A stretch of 63,930 nucleotides of DNA, filler included, from Pirum gemmata (taxonomy: Eukaryota): NCBI GenBank assembly GCA_002812295.1. It is 16 parts of 16 records of this genome, joined end to end, with 100 filler letters (N's around TTAATTAATTAA, not from the genome) between each part and the next. Parts side by side here need not be neighbours in the genome. Positions count along the whole stretch, not along the records: positions 1 to 3,842 come from PDIN01001869.1; positions 3,943 to 7,759 come from PDIN01001870.1; positions 7,860 to 11,640 come from PDIN01001871.1; positions 11,741 to 15,579 come from PDIN01001872.1; 12 more parts are not named here. The stretch is one strand, 5' to 3'. The notes beneath the pieces were generated by a model. The model saw only the letters and a list, made by a program, of their open reading frames with translations, did no database searches and was not told where the DNA came from. This document shows, one piece after another, positions 1-12,201 of the stretch. Position 1 is the first letter of the stretch. Each line of letters opens with the position of its first letter. The translations under genes and the position numbers were made by a program.

Positions 1-318
1 TATTATTTCCTTTTTTTTTTTTTGAATTTTGAATTTTGAATTTTGAAGTTTATGTTGTACAAGAAGGAGCGGGTATAAAAGAAGCAAAACTAGTAATCAT
101 GTAAAAAAATATCAATCAAAAAATTGATTTGATATAAGAAATTTAGTAAAGGGCCTTCCCACTACCGAAAGCTACTATTGCAAGTTATTCTCATAATATA
201 TAATAGTATTCATTTTCATATAATTAATTTTTTATTTTTATTTTTTAATTAATTAATTAATTGAAAATTGTTTTTTTAGGTATAAGAAAACCCTTCTATA
301 ACAACTATAATCAAAAAA

Positions 319-1326
319 ATGTTGTGGAAAATGCAATTACAATGTATTGCTTTTTGTTACCTTATTGCGTCGATGACTTCGAACGCATTGTTTCTAAACA
401 AACGTGCGACTGTAGTAAACGAAACATGTGGTGAATATTATGATAGAAAAGATGAGGGAGCTGGTATATGTAGAAAGAATGGCTATGAAGAATACAAACC
501 ACGCGATTATCCTTGTTATGGTTCTGGAGACGAACCTTGTACTGCTGCTCAATGCTGTCATAACGATGGCGACGTAGAAACTTGTGAGGAATATTTCGAT
601 CGAAAAGATGATGGTACTGGTGTATGTGAAAGAAACGGGTATACTAACGCTAAACCTGGTGAGACCGTTTGCTTCGGAGGAGAACAAGAAGATGAACCAT
701 GTACTGCAAAGCAATGTTGTGATAATAACACTAGAAATGAAACCTGTGGTGAATATTATGATCGTAAAGACGAAGGTACAGGAATTTGTAGGGAAAATGG
801 TTATGACGAATATAAACCGAAGGACACAGAATGTAATGGCGATTGTACTGCTGCACAATGTTGCCACGATGATGGGGACGTGGAAACTTGCGGAGAATAT
901 TTTGATCGAAAAGATGAAGGTTCTGGCATTTGTGAGAAAAATGGATATGATTATGCGAAACCGGAAGATACTATTTGCGAGGGAGGCGAACAAGATGATA
1001 AGCCATGTACTGCTGCCCAATGTTGTTATAATAAAGATGACACTGAGGATACTTGTAAAAATTACTTCAATAGGGAAGGCAATGATATTTGTGATCGTGA
1101 TGGTTTTGATACCCAAAGAAATGAAGATGTTCAATGTGGAGATAAAAATAAATGTACTAGTGTAACTTGTTGTAAAGGAATGGAAAAATGTAAAGCTTAC
1201 TTTTTGACTTACACAACAGAAATTTGCAAAGCTCACAACCAAAATGGACCTAAAGATAGCAATACGCAATGTACCACTTATGATGGCACTTGTATAATGG
1301 AAGATTGTTGTAAAAGACCTGCCTAA
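319..1326 (+). CDS. Secreted cysteine-rich repeat protein (six ~50-aa repeats, each with 6 Cys)
   Basis: Intronless 335-aa ORF. Hydrophobic N-terminus followed by a dibasic KR site, then repeats of form TCxEY(Y/F)DRKDxGxGIC..NGY...KP....C......CTAAQCC. Start could be ATG 319 or 331. Confidence 0.85.
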   Translation: MLWKMQLQCIAFCYLIASMTSNALFLNKRATVVNETCGEYYDRKDEGAGICRKNGYEEYKPRDYPCYGSGDEPCTAAQCCHNDGDVETCEEYFDRKDDGTGVCERNGYTNAKPGETVCFGGEQEDEPCTAKQCCDNNTRNETCGEYYDRKDEGTGICRENGYDEYKPKDTECNGDCTAAQCCHDDGDVETCGEYFDRKDEGSGICEKNGYDYAKPEDTICEGGEQDDKPCTAAQCCYNKDDTEDTCKNYFNREGNDICDRDGFDTQRNEDVQCGDKNKCTSVTCCKGMEKCKAYFLTYTTEICKAHNQNGPKDSNTQCTTYDGTCIMEDCCKRPA

Positions 1327-1534
1327 ATTGTCTTTTTTAAAAAAAATCAAATTTTAAAATTTAAGTATATAAAATCGTAATAAAAAACATTTTAAAAAAA
1401 AAATAACCAAAGTGATAAAAAAACCTTTAGTTGATTAAAATTTATTTTTTATTAATAATTGACTATTTTGAAAAATAAAAATATTGTTGAATTCCCAGTT
1501 ATATTATAATGCAAGTGATAATTATGCTAACTAA

Positions 1535-3412
1535 TTAATAATCTCTCTTTTTACATTCATAAGTTAAAGTGATTGGGAAAAGTCCACGCCTAGCTCTTAG
1601 GGTGCGTTTAGTGAGACTGGCACTTAAAGCTCGTCTAGCTTTTGTGTTGCTAATTTTCAATTCTAATTCGTTAACGGTTACAGTTACAGCATTAACATTT
1701 TGTTGGACGGATTCCAACGCAGCGGTGTTTTGCATTTTTGGATCTCTTTCTAATATTTTAATTAAATGGTTTACGTGAGCAAGTTTTCTTTGGATAGTCA
1801 TTAACTTTGATTGTTTTAACTCGTAAACTGCAGGAACCTTAGCACCCTCTTCTTTGATGCCCGTACTTGTTTGACGGTCTCCCTTTTTACTACCAATATT
1901 GGCAATGGTACCGTTATAGTCGTACAAATCAAATGTTAAATTTTCACCTTCACGGTCTAAGATGGTACCATTAAAATAGGCGTCAACATTAACAGAACCT
2001 ACAACCGTTAAAGTACCTGCAAACTCGGTTTTCTGAACTTTAGGAATAAATGAGCCATTCCAAATAGCATCAGCACTTACATCAGCATGACCAACTAGTT
2101 GTATGTTGGCAACAGACTTAATTCCTATTTTTCCATCTGCCAACTCTAACGGGTTTTCTTTGTCTAAGTTGATATGCATTTTAATTTCAGCACCTGCGTC
2201 TAAAGTAAAAGAAACATCAGCATTAGCTTTAATATCACCATGAACTTCAAGCGCTGGTAATTTTTTAATCGGATGACCTAAAAGTTCTTTTGGGTTATGA
2301 ATAATATCCCCAATACTGTCAAAATAAGTAACATCATCATCGTAGTAAAAACCGGTATCAACTCTGCCTTTGATATGTGCATTCATCTCACCTGCTATTT
2401 GGGCATTCAAGTTGACAGTGGGTGTGATAGTTGCAATACCAGTTACATTAAAGGTTTTAAATTTCATATCTGCAATCTGGAAAGCCATGTTGTTTTTATA
2501 ATGCAAGTAAATATCAAAATGCGCCCCAACATCCAATTTTGATCCATGTTTGATCCAAATATAATGATCTAAAATTTCCAATTTCCAATCCCAAAATCTA
2601 ATAATAAAATGATAACCTATTTCTGCTTTCACGCGACCATTCGCAAATAACCTCACTTTTTCGTTAGCCATAATACCATAGCATTTTTGCGTGGCGTCTA
2701 GTACATCAAGTTTAAAATCAAAATCTTTCTCAATCTGCAAAGAAAAGTTTTGTTCTGAACCATCTTCGGAAAATACATCTTTTACTCCATCAATAATATC
2801 CCCGATTTTATCAGTTATCTCTTCGGTAAAATCTTTGACACTCTCGATACCCTCTTTGATGCCATGGCCAATTTTTTTAAACAAATTACCACCCCGACGT
2901 TGAAGGCGTTTTTCCTCTTTAACAATCGTAATTTCTTTATCTACATACTGCTGAAACATGCCTTCGTGTTGATTTTTTTTCATTTTTGCAATCGCTCTAG
3001 GTGCTGCCGAAGAAAAATGATCATTGGTACTAGCGCTAATTTCAAAGGTAACTGGTGCATTATTCATGTTAGCAAAATGATTAAAATCTACGTTCCAAAA
3101 TAATTTTTGAACACCTTCTTCTTCTACAACACGGTAAACATGCATTACAGTTGTAGGACAACCTTTTCTTTCAGCAAGCAATAAAAAACTTTTGGAAATA
3201 TCTTTTACATATCTGCTTCTATCGCGGACAGTAACTGCTCCTTGTTCTTTACAGTCGTATCCGTCTACGCCATCAAAACGCTTTACTACACTATCATCAC
3301 CAGTTACGATAACGTTGACATTTTCCCCTTCGGTGTAGCTATGTTGAACAATTTCAGCAGCAGCAAATTGCGCTGTTGCCAAAAGAAATAAATTTATGAT
3401 CGAGAATTGCAT
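1535..3412 (-). CDS. Secreted protein of unknown function (signal peptide, beta-rich core, C-terminal coiled coil)
   Basis: True ATG most likely at 3412 (MQFSIINLFLLATAQFAAA, signal-like); the ORF extension to 3499 is microsatellite. 625 aa with KR/RR sites, an alternating hydrophobic beta pattern and a heptad-like C-terminal segment. Confidence 0.8.
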   Translation of the reverse strand: MQFSIINLFLLATAQFAAAEIVQHSYTEGENVNVIVTGDDSVVKRFDGVDGYDCKEQGAVTVRDRSRYVKDISKSFLLLAERKGCPTTVMHVYRVVEEEGVQKLFWNVDFNHFANMNNAPVTFEISASTNDHFSSAAPRAIAKMKKNQHEGMFQQYVDKEITIVKEEKRLQRRGGNLFKKIGHGIKEGIESVKDFTEEITDKIGDIIDGVKDVFSEDGSEQNFSLQIEKDFDFKLDVLDATQKCYGIMANEKVRLFANGRVKAEIGYHFIIRFWDWKLEILDHYIWIKHGSKLDVGAHFDIYLHYKNNMAFQIADMKFKTFNVTGIATITPTVNLNAQIAGEMNAHIKGRVDTGFYYDDDVTYFDSIGDIIHNPKELLGHPIKKLPALEVHGDIKANADVSFTLDAGAEIKMHINLDKENPLELADGKIGIKSVANIQLVGHADVSADAIWNGSFIPKVQKTEFAGTLTVVGSVNVDAYFNGTILDREGENLTFDLYDYNGTIANIGSKKGDRQTSTGIKEEGAKVPAVYELKQSKLMTIQRKLAHVNHLIKILERDPKMQNTAALESVQQNVNAVTVTVNELELKISNTKARRALSASLTKRTLRARRGLFPITLTYECKKRDY

Positions 3413-3680
3413 TTTTTGTTTTTTGTTGTATTTGTAGTTGTTATTATTACTAACTATTATTATTGCTATTATTACTATTATTGTTATTGTTATTATCAAT
3501 TGTAAATCACCCTAACAAAAAAAAAACGAAAACTTGTTACTTTTTTAATTATTTAGTAAAAAAAGCTTTACTAATTTTCTAATTTTGTTATTTTGGTATT
3601 TTTTTTTTATTTTTTTAATTTTTATTTTTATTTTTTACTTTTTTATATCATATTACTTCTCATACTTTCTGATATTACTT

Positions 3681-3721
<41 letters not shown>

Positions 3722-3886
3722 TTTTTTTTTTTTTTTACTTTTACAAACTGTTCTACAATCTTCTAATAACTAATAATATGTCGTATGAGAAGTTTTTTTC
3801 GGTATATATTAAAAATAGCTTTAAAATAGTTTAGTAGGCTGGNNNNNNNNNNNNNNNNNNNNNNNNNNNNNNNNNNNNNNNNNNNN

Positions 3887-3898
3887 TTAATTAATTAA
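3887..3898. other. Artificial scaffold spacer TTAATTAATTAA flanked by N runs (also near 7804, 11685, 15624, 19539, 23524, 27439, 33043, 36957, 40873, 44715, 48651, 52558, 56430, 60365)
   Basis: Identical 12-mer with stops in all six frames, embedded in N runs about every 3.9 kb. Confidence 0.97.
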
Positions 3899-4990
3899 NN
3901 NNNNNNNNNNNNNNNNNNNNNNNNNNNNNNNNNNNNNNNNNNTAAACAAAAATTGTTATTATAATTATAATGAATAAGTTAATTAAATTTAATAATAATT
4001 TTGTTTATACACACACATTTTTTTTTTTTGAGCAAAATAAAGGATCAAAAAAAAAATATCGATTCAAACGATGGTTTTAATTTTAATTAAAGTCTAAAAA
4101 TAACAATCTTGATGTCTTAGTTGACAAAAATGCCCTTTTAGATTCAATTCTATCTTCAGAATTTTCCATGTTCAGATTTTTTAATGGTAGTAGGTCTCGT
4201 GCTACTAAGTAGTGTATGGTTTTTGAGGGTTTCGCACACTTAATATTTATAGGTATTAAATATAATATAATTATATAATAATAATTTAATCATAAATCGT
4301 CGATGGTGACCATATTATTTTCAGATTCGTAAATATTTTGAAGTACATTTAAATATTTTATAATATAAACAGAATTATCATTAACACTATTTATCATACC
4401 ATCTGCATCAGTAATAATAGGAATAATAGCATTAGAGTTGATTAATAATAGTATTATTAAGTACATACCGTATGTTTTAAAAAGTAAATAATATCTATCT
4501 AATATTAATAATATTTATATATAAATCATATAATATAATATATATTCTGGTGGTAGTATATCATATTGGCTATTTTTTTAAAATATTGGTCAGTACTAGA
4601 ACAGTACTATAGATATGATATGCATAGGCTGACTTTTAAAAGGCTGTATTAACTATGAACTGCTGTATTCAATGCCCCCAGGAAATGGAGTCTTTGGCTG
4701 TCTGCATAGATATGATATTATTCGACCAGAGTATTATTCTTGTTATCATGTGGTTCTGTGGTTTGTTATGTGGGAAATTCAACCACTTGGCTGCTTTGGC
4801 ATTTGACTGTTAAAAAATAACCAATACTAGATAGCCAATAATGGACTAGAAATAATGGAAACATTTCAAAAGCAAATTTAGGTCGAACCAAAAATAGTAG
4901 TGACATTAACTACATTGCAGGCGTAATTGGTCTGTTAGAGTAAAAAAAAAAATAAATAAAAAAAAAAGTTACTATTTTTGTCCATTTTTG

Positions 4991-5548
4991 TTGCCTAGCC
5001 AATTCTGTTCGAGCCCGAAAACTCAAGCTTCTGCTGTCGAAAAAAAAAGCCAAAATTCAACCCTGTTCGAAAATTTTTTTTTTTTCATTTTTTCGGGTTT
5101 ATAAATAAATAAATATACTTGCCTAGCCAATTCTGTTCGAGCCCGAAAACTCAAGCTTCTCCTGTCGAAAAAAAAGCCAAAATTCAACCCTGTTCGAAAA
5201 TTATTTTTTTTTTTTCATTTTTTCGGGTTTACAAATAATTAAAAAATATACTTGAATACTTCTGTTAAAAAACTGTTAACTCAAAATTTTCGAACTTATT
5301 TAATTAATGCATAGTCGAAAAAAAAACCAAAATTCAGCCCTGTTCGAATTTTTTTATTTTATTTTTCGGGTTTATAAATAAACTAAAAATAAACAAATAT
5401 ACTTGAATTTTCTAGAAAACTCGAACTTCTGCTGTCGAAAAAAAAGCCAAAATTCAGCCCTGTTCGAAAATTTTTTTTTTTCATTTTTTCGGGTTTATAA
5501 ATAAAATTTAATTAAAAAATATACTTCTGCACAGGCTCGAAAACTCGG

Positions 5549-5550
<2 letters not shown>
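4991..5550. repeat. Tandem repeat, ~128-bp unit, about 4 degenerate copies
   Basis: TTGCCTAGCCAATTCTGTTCGAGCCCGAAAACTC... starts at 4991 and 5119; GCCAAAATTCA(A/G)CCCTGTTCGAA-like core occurs 4 times. Related fragments near 10110-10145 (reverse) and 33783-33830. Confidence 0.85.
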
Positions 5551-5583
<33 letters not shown>

Positions 5584-6213
5584 AAACAAAGCAGAAATGG
5601 GAGAAACGACCTAGCTAGCTAGTACCACTGTACCACCATTTGGTAGGCTAGAGAGAGGTCCACCGCTGGACAGCCAACGGCCATGGACCAATGAATGAAA
5701 CTAAACTTAGTTAAATTTGGCTAGAGCCGTACTCCTAACTTTTATTTGCGTCATAAAATTAAGTAAAATGACATCACCACTTCTTCTATTCAAAGAAACT
5801 TTGAGATATAAGCTAGACCGGCCAGTCTATATCATACCTATAGTATATAATATTACAATAATGTTATGTATGCATAAATAATATTTTAAATATTTATTAT
5901 TGAAATATATATATATTAAATAATTACCTGTAGTTGTTTAGTTAATTAATATGTTAAAAGGGTATCATATGCATATTTAAAAGTATATTGTCAAATTTAC
6001 TGCCATAAGGATATTCTTGTAGTTGTTGGTTGTATAAACTAATTTTCTAATAATATGTCTGAGTTTTTTTGTTGAACATTCGCAAGTTTGTCATACTTAG
6101 TAATATATTGCCAAGTGTTTGTGGACGTGTTGTTGATACCTAGTATTAGATGTTGGTGACTTACTGGTTGTAGACCAAGTAAATGGAATAACAATAACAA
6201 TATTAATATTAAC

Positions 6214-6251
<38 letters not shown>

Positions 6252-6751
6252 TAATAATAATAATAATAATAATAATATATAATACCTTCCAGGGCTACCA
6301 ACTGAGACTCGTTTTTTATGAGCGTTCTTTTCCCATATCAAAGTTATTCGATTATTTTTACTTTCTTCAACTATAAAAACATTAATTAGAATACATTAAA
6401 TATATTCAATATAGTATTAATTTGGTACTTATTATTATTATTGCATATTTTTTTCATGACAAAATAACTGAAAAACACGATATATCAATATATATACCAG
6501 TAAAAAATCTGAAGATGGAAAAATCTGAACATGGAATTGAATCTAGAAGGGCATTTTTGTCAACTAAGACATCTAGATTGGTATTTTAAACTCTTTAATT
6601 AATCATCGACATCTGGTGTTTTTTAAATAAACAAAAATTGTTATTATAATTATAATGAATAAGTTAATTAAATTTAATAATAATTTTGTTTATACAGATG
6701 TCTTAATAAATACACTTCTAGATTCAATTCCATCTTCAGATTTTTTACTGC

Positions 6752-6791
<40 letters not shown>

Positions 6792-6879
6792 GTTCAGAAA
6801 TTGTTGCTGATTTATTATTGTACTTCACACAGCCATTTTTTCTTGGAAGTGTTTTAAATAATAATAATAGAAAAGGGTT

Positions 6880-7110
6880 CGAGTTTAGGGTTAGGGTTAG
6901 GGTTAGGGTTAGGGTTAGGGTTAGGGTTCAAGTTCAGGTTTAGGGTTAGGATTTACTTTCAGGGTTACGGTTGCGGTTACGGTTACGGTTACGGTTACAG
7001 TTACAGTCACGGTTACGGTTACGGTTACAGTTACGGTAACGGTTACAGTAACGGTTATGGTTACAGTAACGGTTAGGGTTAGGGTTAGGGTTAGGGTTAG
7101 GTTTAGGTTT
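6880..7110 (+). repeat. Interstitial telomere-like array (TTAGGG)n with internal (TTACGG)n variant
   Basis: Direct reading; a second array runs at 7655-7759 to the segment end. Confidence 0.9.
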
Positions 7111-7125
7111 AGGGTTTGTATTATT

Positions 7126-7160
<35 letters not shown>

Positions 7161-7301
7161 TCTCAAACATCATTACAATTATCATTATCATTATGTATCA
7201 TTATCATTATCATTATAATTATAATTATCATTATCATTACCATTGCCATTATCGTTATCATTATCATTACCATTATCGTTATCATTATCATTATCATTAT
7301 C

Positions 7302-7336
<35 letters not shown>

Positions 7337-7859
7337 CATTATCATTATCTTTATCATTATCTTTATCATTATCATTATTATCATCATCATTATTACCATT
7401 GTAACTATCATTATCATTATATTATTATTATCATTAGCATTTTCATTATCATCATTATCATTAACATTATCATTATCATTATCATTATCATTATCATTAT
7501 CATTATCATTATCATTATCATTCAAAATAATATAGCACTTACTATCGTTTTACTATTATTATTGCTATTATTATTAGTTTATTGATTGGGGTTAGTGATT
7601 GATATTGATTTTAAACTTTTTGTTGTCTAATTTTTTATTGTGGCGATGACACTTAGGGCTGGGGTTAGGGTTAGGGTTAGGGTTAGGGTTAAGGGGCTAG
7701 GGTTAGAATAGAGTTGGGGGTTAGGGGTTGGGGGTTAGGGTTAGGGTTAGGGTTAGGGTNNNNNNNNNNNNNNNNNNNNNNNNNNNNNNNNNNNNNNNNN
7801 NNNTTAATTAATTAANNNNNNNNNNNNNNNNNNNNNNNNNNNNNNNNNNNNNNNNNNNN

Positions 7860-7890
<31 letters not shown>

Positions 7891-9213
7891 TACTAATAAT
7901 ATCATGTTTCAACTACTAGCTAGCTAGTAGCGTTATAGAGGCCTACTAGCTATGATAGTCTATCATATTATAGTGCTTTTCATTTATTTTGTCACTCTAT
8001 TTATTTGGTTGGTTATAATATTTAAATTGACATTTTTAAATGGATAAATAAATAATAAAATATACCAAATTAACTGAAATGGGTTTATATGGTATTAATT
8101 TGGTACTTTTTATTGTATATTTTATGATGACAAAAATACCTGCCAAAGTACAATCAAAGTACTCTAGTCTACCTCTATGATAGAAGTATGATAGACTATC
8201 CTGATATCGATAACTACTCCTGATAACTACTCTACTTTACTCTAGCTAGTGTTTTTCACTGTTTTTTTTTTTTTATGGATATAGACTAGTACTAACTATT
8301 ATTAGAGTTTTTAAAAAATACTACTTTAATTAATTAAAAGGCACTGAAGTTTTTTATAGCTCTCGGGAGATCCTCGTGTGCAGGTAAAGATGCAGCTAAT
8401 TATGTTTCGTTCTAGTTAGTGTAGCTATCAATATTAATAGCTGTTTCGGTTGTTATAATACAGCTGTTATTATAATAATATTGTTATTAATATTTTAAAA
8501 TTATTATTAATTTAATTTTAATTAATATATTAATAAATTATTATTAATATTTTTATTATCATTATTTACCATACTTATGCATTGTCATAATTATTATATC
8601 ATTATTAATTATAAATTACTATCATTTTCGAATTCGTTATCATTATACTTATCATTATTACACGTATACCGTACCACACCCTTATTATTATTATCCTAAT
8701 ATTATGCATTATTCACAACAATACATATTAATATATTATTATGATATTAATATTCTAAAAAATGGCAGAACCACGTTCTGTTTATTTAGTGCTTAATTAA
8801 TCACGTGATAGTTAAGTATATTATGATTTTGGAAAATTAAAAGAGTTAAATAAAATAATATATATAATATTAATATATATTAATATATATCATTAATATT
8901 TATTTGTAAATATTCTATTCATAAGTACACTATTATCCAATTATCACTATAGTTATTAGGATCACACTACAAAAAGCAGAATCATGGTCATAACATAGGA
9001 AGAATGCGAATAAGTCCATGGGTCGCTTAAAAACTATATTGAACTTTGTAACACAGGTCAGTTCACAGGTCTCAAACTGGTCTCAACACACCATGTTATA
9101 AAACAATAAAATGCTTTTCTTAATTAATTAAGTTTATTAAAATCATTAAAAAAGTACACCAAGGGGCTCAAAAGAAACTATGATAGAATGGATAGACTTT
9201 ATTAGAGACTTTA

Positions 9214-9371
9214 AGTAGGGGTGAGATATCTACTGGAACTTTTTTCGAACAGATGCTTATCGAGCCAACCTTAGTTCTAATATTAACATTAATAGTAATA
9301 ATAACCATAAAAATTGGAAAAGTTCTGGCAGCTGTTCGGTAATAATAAAATGACGTCATCTCACCCCTACT
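9214..9371. mobile_element. MITE family B copy (TIR AGTAGGGGTGAGAT)
   Basis: Terminal inverted repeats AGTAGGGGTGAGAT...ATCTCACCCCTACT with GACTTTA on both flanks; homologous to 16467-16705 and 33474-33686. Confidence 0.85.
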
Positions 9372-9951
9372 GACTTTAGCTAGTCTACTAGCTAGCTAGG
9401 AGCAAAATAATAATTATTTTTATAGAGCACTATGATACAAAAAAAAACAAGTATGGTGCATTGCGTCTAAGAATCCCCAACTTTTGGGTCAAATAGCCAA
9501 TTAAAAAAATTTAATTATTAATATAATTCTAGCTATAATTAGTTCTATAATTCTTATTATATGAATCAATATAATATGATAGCGTTTTGGACTCAAGTTT
9601 AAAAAATTTTCATTTCTCGAAAAAAAAAAAAAAAAAAAAAAGTCTACACTCAGAAAATTACAGTAAAATTACCCAGCTAGTAGGAAAATTTACAGATAGT
9701 CTAGACCTGGGTCTACAAGGTTTTTTTATTTGCCACTTAGTCTAGTTTAGTCAGCTTCGTTTGAGAAATGTTACACAAAAATTATGTTCGTTTTTTCGAA
9801 CAGATATATTAATTTTGTTCGAAATGCTCGAGTCTCAAGAATTTTTTTGGTCGCTTTTTCAAATGGTGGTAATTTTTAAACGCAATATACCATGTCAGCT
9901 CATGGTGTGGGTGGTGGTACTACCTCAGGGTACTACCTCCCTAATTACTTT

Positions 9952-10105
9952 GGGAGTGTTCAAAAACTACGTAACGCCATTTTCCGGTCAAACACAGCTT
10001 CAAATACAGCCTACCTACCTACCCCTTGACGTTAATTTCCAGTCAAATACCGACTACCTACCTACCCCTTGACGTGACGTATTATTTGAAGTTTTGAACG
10101 CTCCC
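9952..10105. mobile_element. MITE family A copy (TIR GGGAG(C/T)GTTCAAA, 3-bp TSD; PIF/Harbinger Tourist-like)
   Basis: GGGAGTGTTCAAA...TTTGAACGCTCCC flanked by TTT/TTT; four other copies in the window. Confidence 0.85.
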
Positions 10106-11145
10106 TTTTTGGGAATTTTTGGCTTTTTTTTTTCGATGTTCGACTTTACAAGTTTACATTATTATGAGGTTATATTAGCGAATCATCCATTCACGGTCTC
10201 AAAATTTTCATAATATGTCTGGGCGGATTTGTAATTTGCGTCGGGGCCGCACAAAACAAAACTAATGCGGCACCAATTAAATTTTGCGGAGCGGCAATTT
10301 TGGTAGTAATCTGTCTCTAGCTAGAACTAGCTACTAGCTAGCTAGCTACTCTAGTAGTAGACCACATCTTGCACTGATAAAAAAATCGATCTAATACTCT
10401 AGCCAAACACAACCCCGCGAACATGCGAAAATCTCTTATCAGTTTATAATTATTGGTAATAAAATTTAATTCAAATGTTTTTCCATGCCACGAGTTATTA
10501 TTTTATCTTTTTTAAAATTAGAAAAAGTTGGTTCGAATTTCGTTTTTTATTTTTTTTTTTATTTTTTATTTTTAGAAGTCAACAGCGGCTGATAAAACTT
10601 TCGCACATTCATTTTGATGTTTGACATAAATTTATATTGTAACATATAATAATAATAATAGTCACTTGTCTCCCATTCCAGCTGTTAAGAAGCAATAGGA
10701 GGACAAACCAACCCTAATTTTTGTCAGTGTTGATGATTACTACGGAAAGGTCTCCAGGATTTTTGCTCTTTTTCAAGCCTTTTTACACACTGAATGAAGT
10801 GAGTTAGCATTGATGGTTTATTGATATATGGTTTGTTATGATAACTTTATGTCTTTAATTTTAATTAGTTCTGCATCATTTTATTATCTAAATGTTTTTC
10901 AATTTTGTAATTTTTTAATTAATTTTAATTTTTATTTTAAAGTCATCACCATACCCATAATAACAATAAAATAATTATCATACTTGTGAACAGTATTTAA
11001 AATATCAAAAAACCAACCACACCTTTTCATCATTTCTTTCAGCAGAATTTTTCATTATTTTTTTCAAAAGGAAAATGTTGTTGCGTAGTGTTTGAATTAT
11101 AAACTATAATATAGTAAAGAAAGTAAAAAAAGTAAAAAAAACAAT

Positions 11146-11527
11146 ATGCCGAATAATGATAATGATCCCCTGAAACGCAGGTCCAGCACAAGAATGGACA
11201 CGGAGGTTAATTTTTTATTTCTAAATCCCCTATCTTCAACCAATTCCAACCCTGCCTTCCCCAAACCACCACCACTAGGGTTACCAACAACCGCATCACC
11301 AACATTACCAGCATTCCCACACTCCAACCCTAACCATCAAGGCTCCACCAACTCTAGCCTCTAAGCCCACCAACACTCTAGCCTCTAAGCACACCAACTC
11401 AAGCCTCTAAACCCACCTCTAACATCCTCATATCCCACCAACACTACCATTACTTATTGATATCATTTTGAGTACAGGGTTTCGGGATATACGAAAGAGA
11501 ACCAGCCAAATTATTGAAGTCGAGGAG
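11146..11527 (+). CDS. Possible 5' exons of a spliced hypothetical gene (11146-11205, 11478-~11527)
   Basis: ATG...GAG|gt donor and tacag| acceptor join in phase 0: MPNNDNDPLKRRSSTRMDTE-GFGIYEREPAKLLKSR. No homology recognised. Confidence 0.3.
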
Positions 11528-12201
11528 GTTGGCTTTATTTCGAATGTTGCAAGCTTATAATGATACTTCATTCGCTTGGATTTTTATATTTATATTTATT
11601 CATTTATTATTATTATTTTATTATTATTATTATTATTATTNNNNNNNNNNNNNNNNNNNNNNNNNNNNNNNNNNNNNNNNNNNNTTAATTAATTAANNNN
11701 NNNNNNNNNNNNNNNNNNNNNNNNNNNNNNNNNNNNNNNNATATCAAAAATAATTAATAATAATTAATAACAATTAATAAATAATAATAATAATAAATAA
11801 TAATAATTAATAATAATCAATAATAATTAATTAATTAATATTATTATTTATTATTTGTTATTATTTTTATCATAATAATAAATAATAATAATAATAATAA
11901 ATGACAATAATAATAATAATAATAAATAATAAATAATAAAAATAATAAGTAAATAATAAAATTAATAAAAAATAAAAAATAGAAAATAAAAATAAAAATA
12001 AAAAATAATAAGTAATAAATAATAAATAATAAATAATTTCTTTAATTAATAAAAAAGATTACATAATAATTAATAATTTTTTTATTTATTTCTCGATTAT
12101 ATTATTATTATTAAAATAACATCACTGATGTAGTAAAGGTCGGGGAGTTAATTTTTTTTTTTTATGAATTAATTAAAAACGACGATCAATTCAATATTCA
12201 A

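Noticed and set aside
394..1350. Antisense and alternate-frame ORFs (394-1350, 584-1165) over the Cys-repeat gene
   Set aside because: Shadows of a repetitive coding sequence; no independent signal.
3843..3942. TTAATTAATTAA motif recurring every ~3.9 kb
   Set aside because: Always embedded in N runs; a six-frame-stop concatenation spacer, not biology. It also invalidates any cross-segment gene-cluster inference.
6921..7585. Poly-I/L/V/Y/N/PN ORFs here and at 19543-20438, 30091-31609, 32092-32383, 46965-47296, 60605-60863, 63192-63597
   Set aside because: Translations of microsatellites and telomeric repeats, some running through N gaps.
7655..7759. True chromosome ends at segment-terminal telomeric arrays (also 33099-33126)
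   Set aside because: Identical arrays are abundant internally and contigs break at many simple repeats; the array at 33099 also has the wrong orientation for a left telomere.
10650..10860. Possible decayed coding fragments (also 6039-6372 and 43330-43620, minus strand)
   Set aside because: Short and interrupted, with no recognisable motif; cannot be supported.
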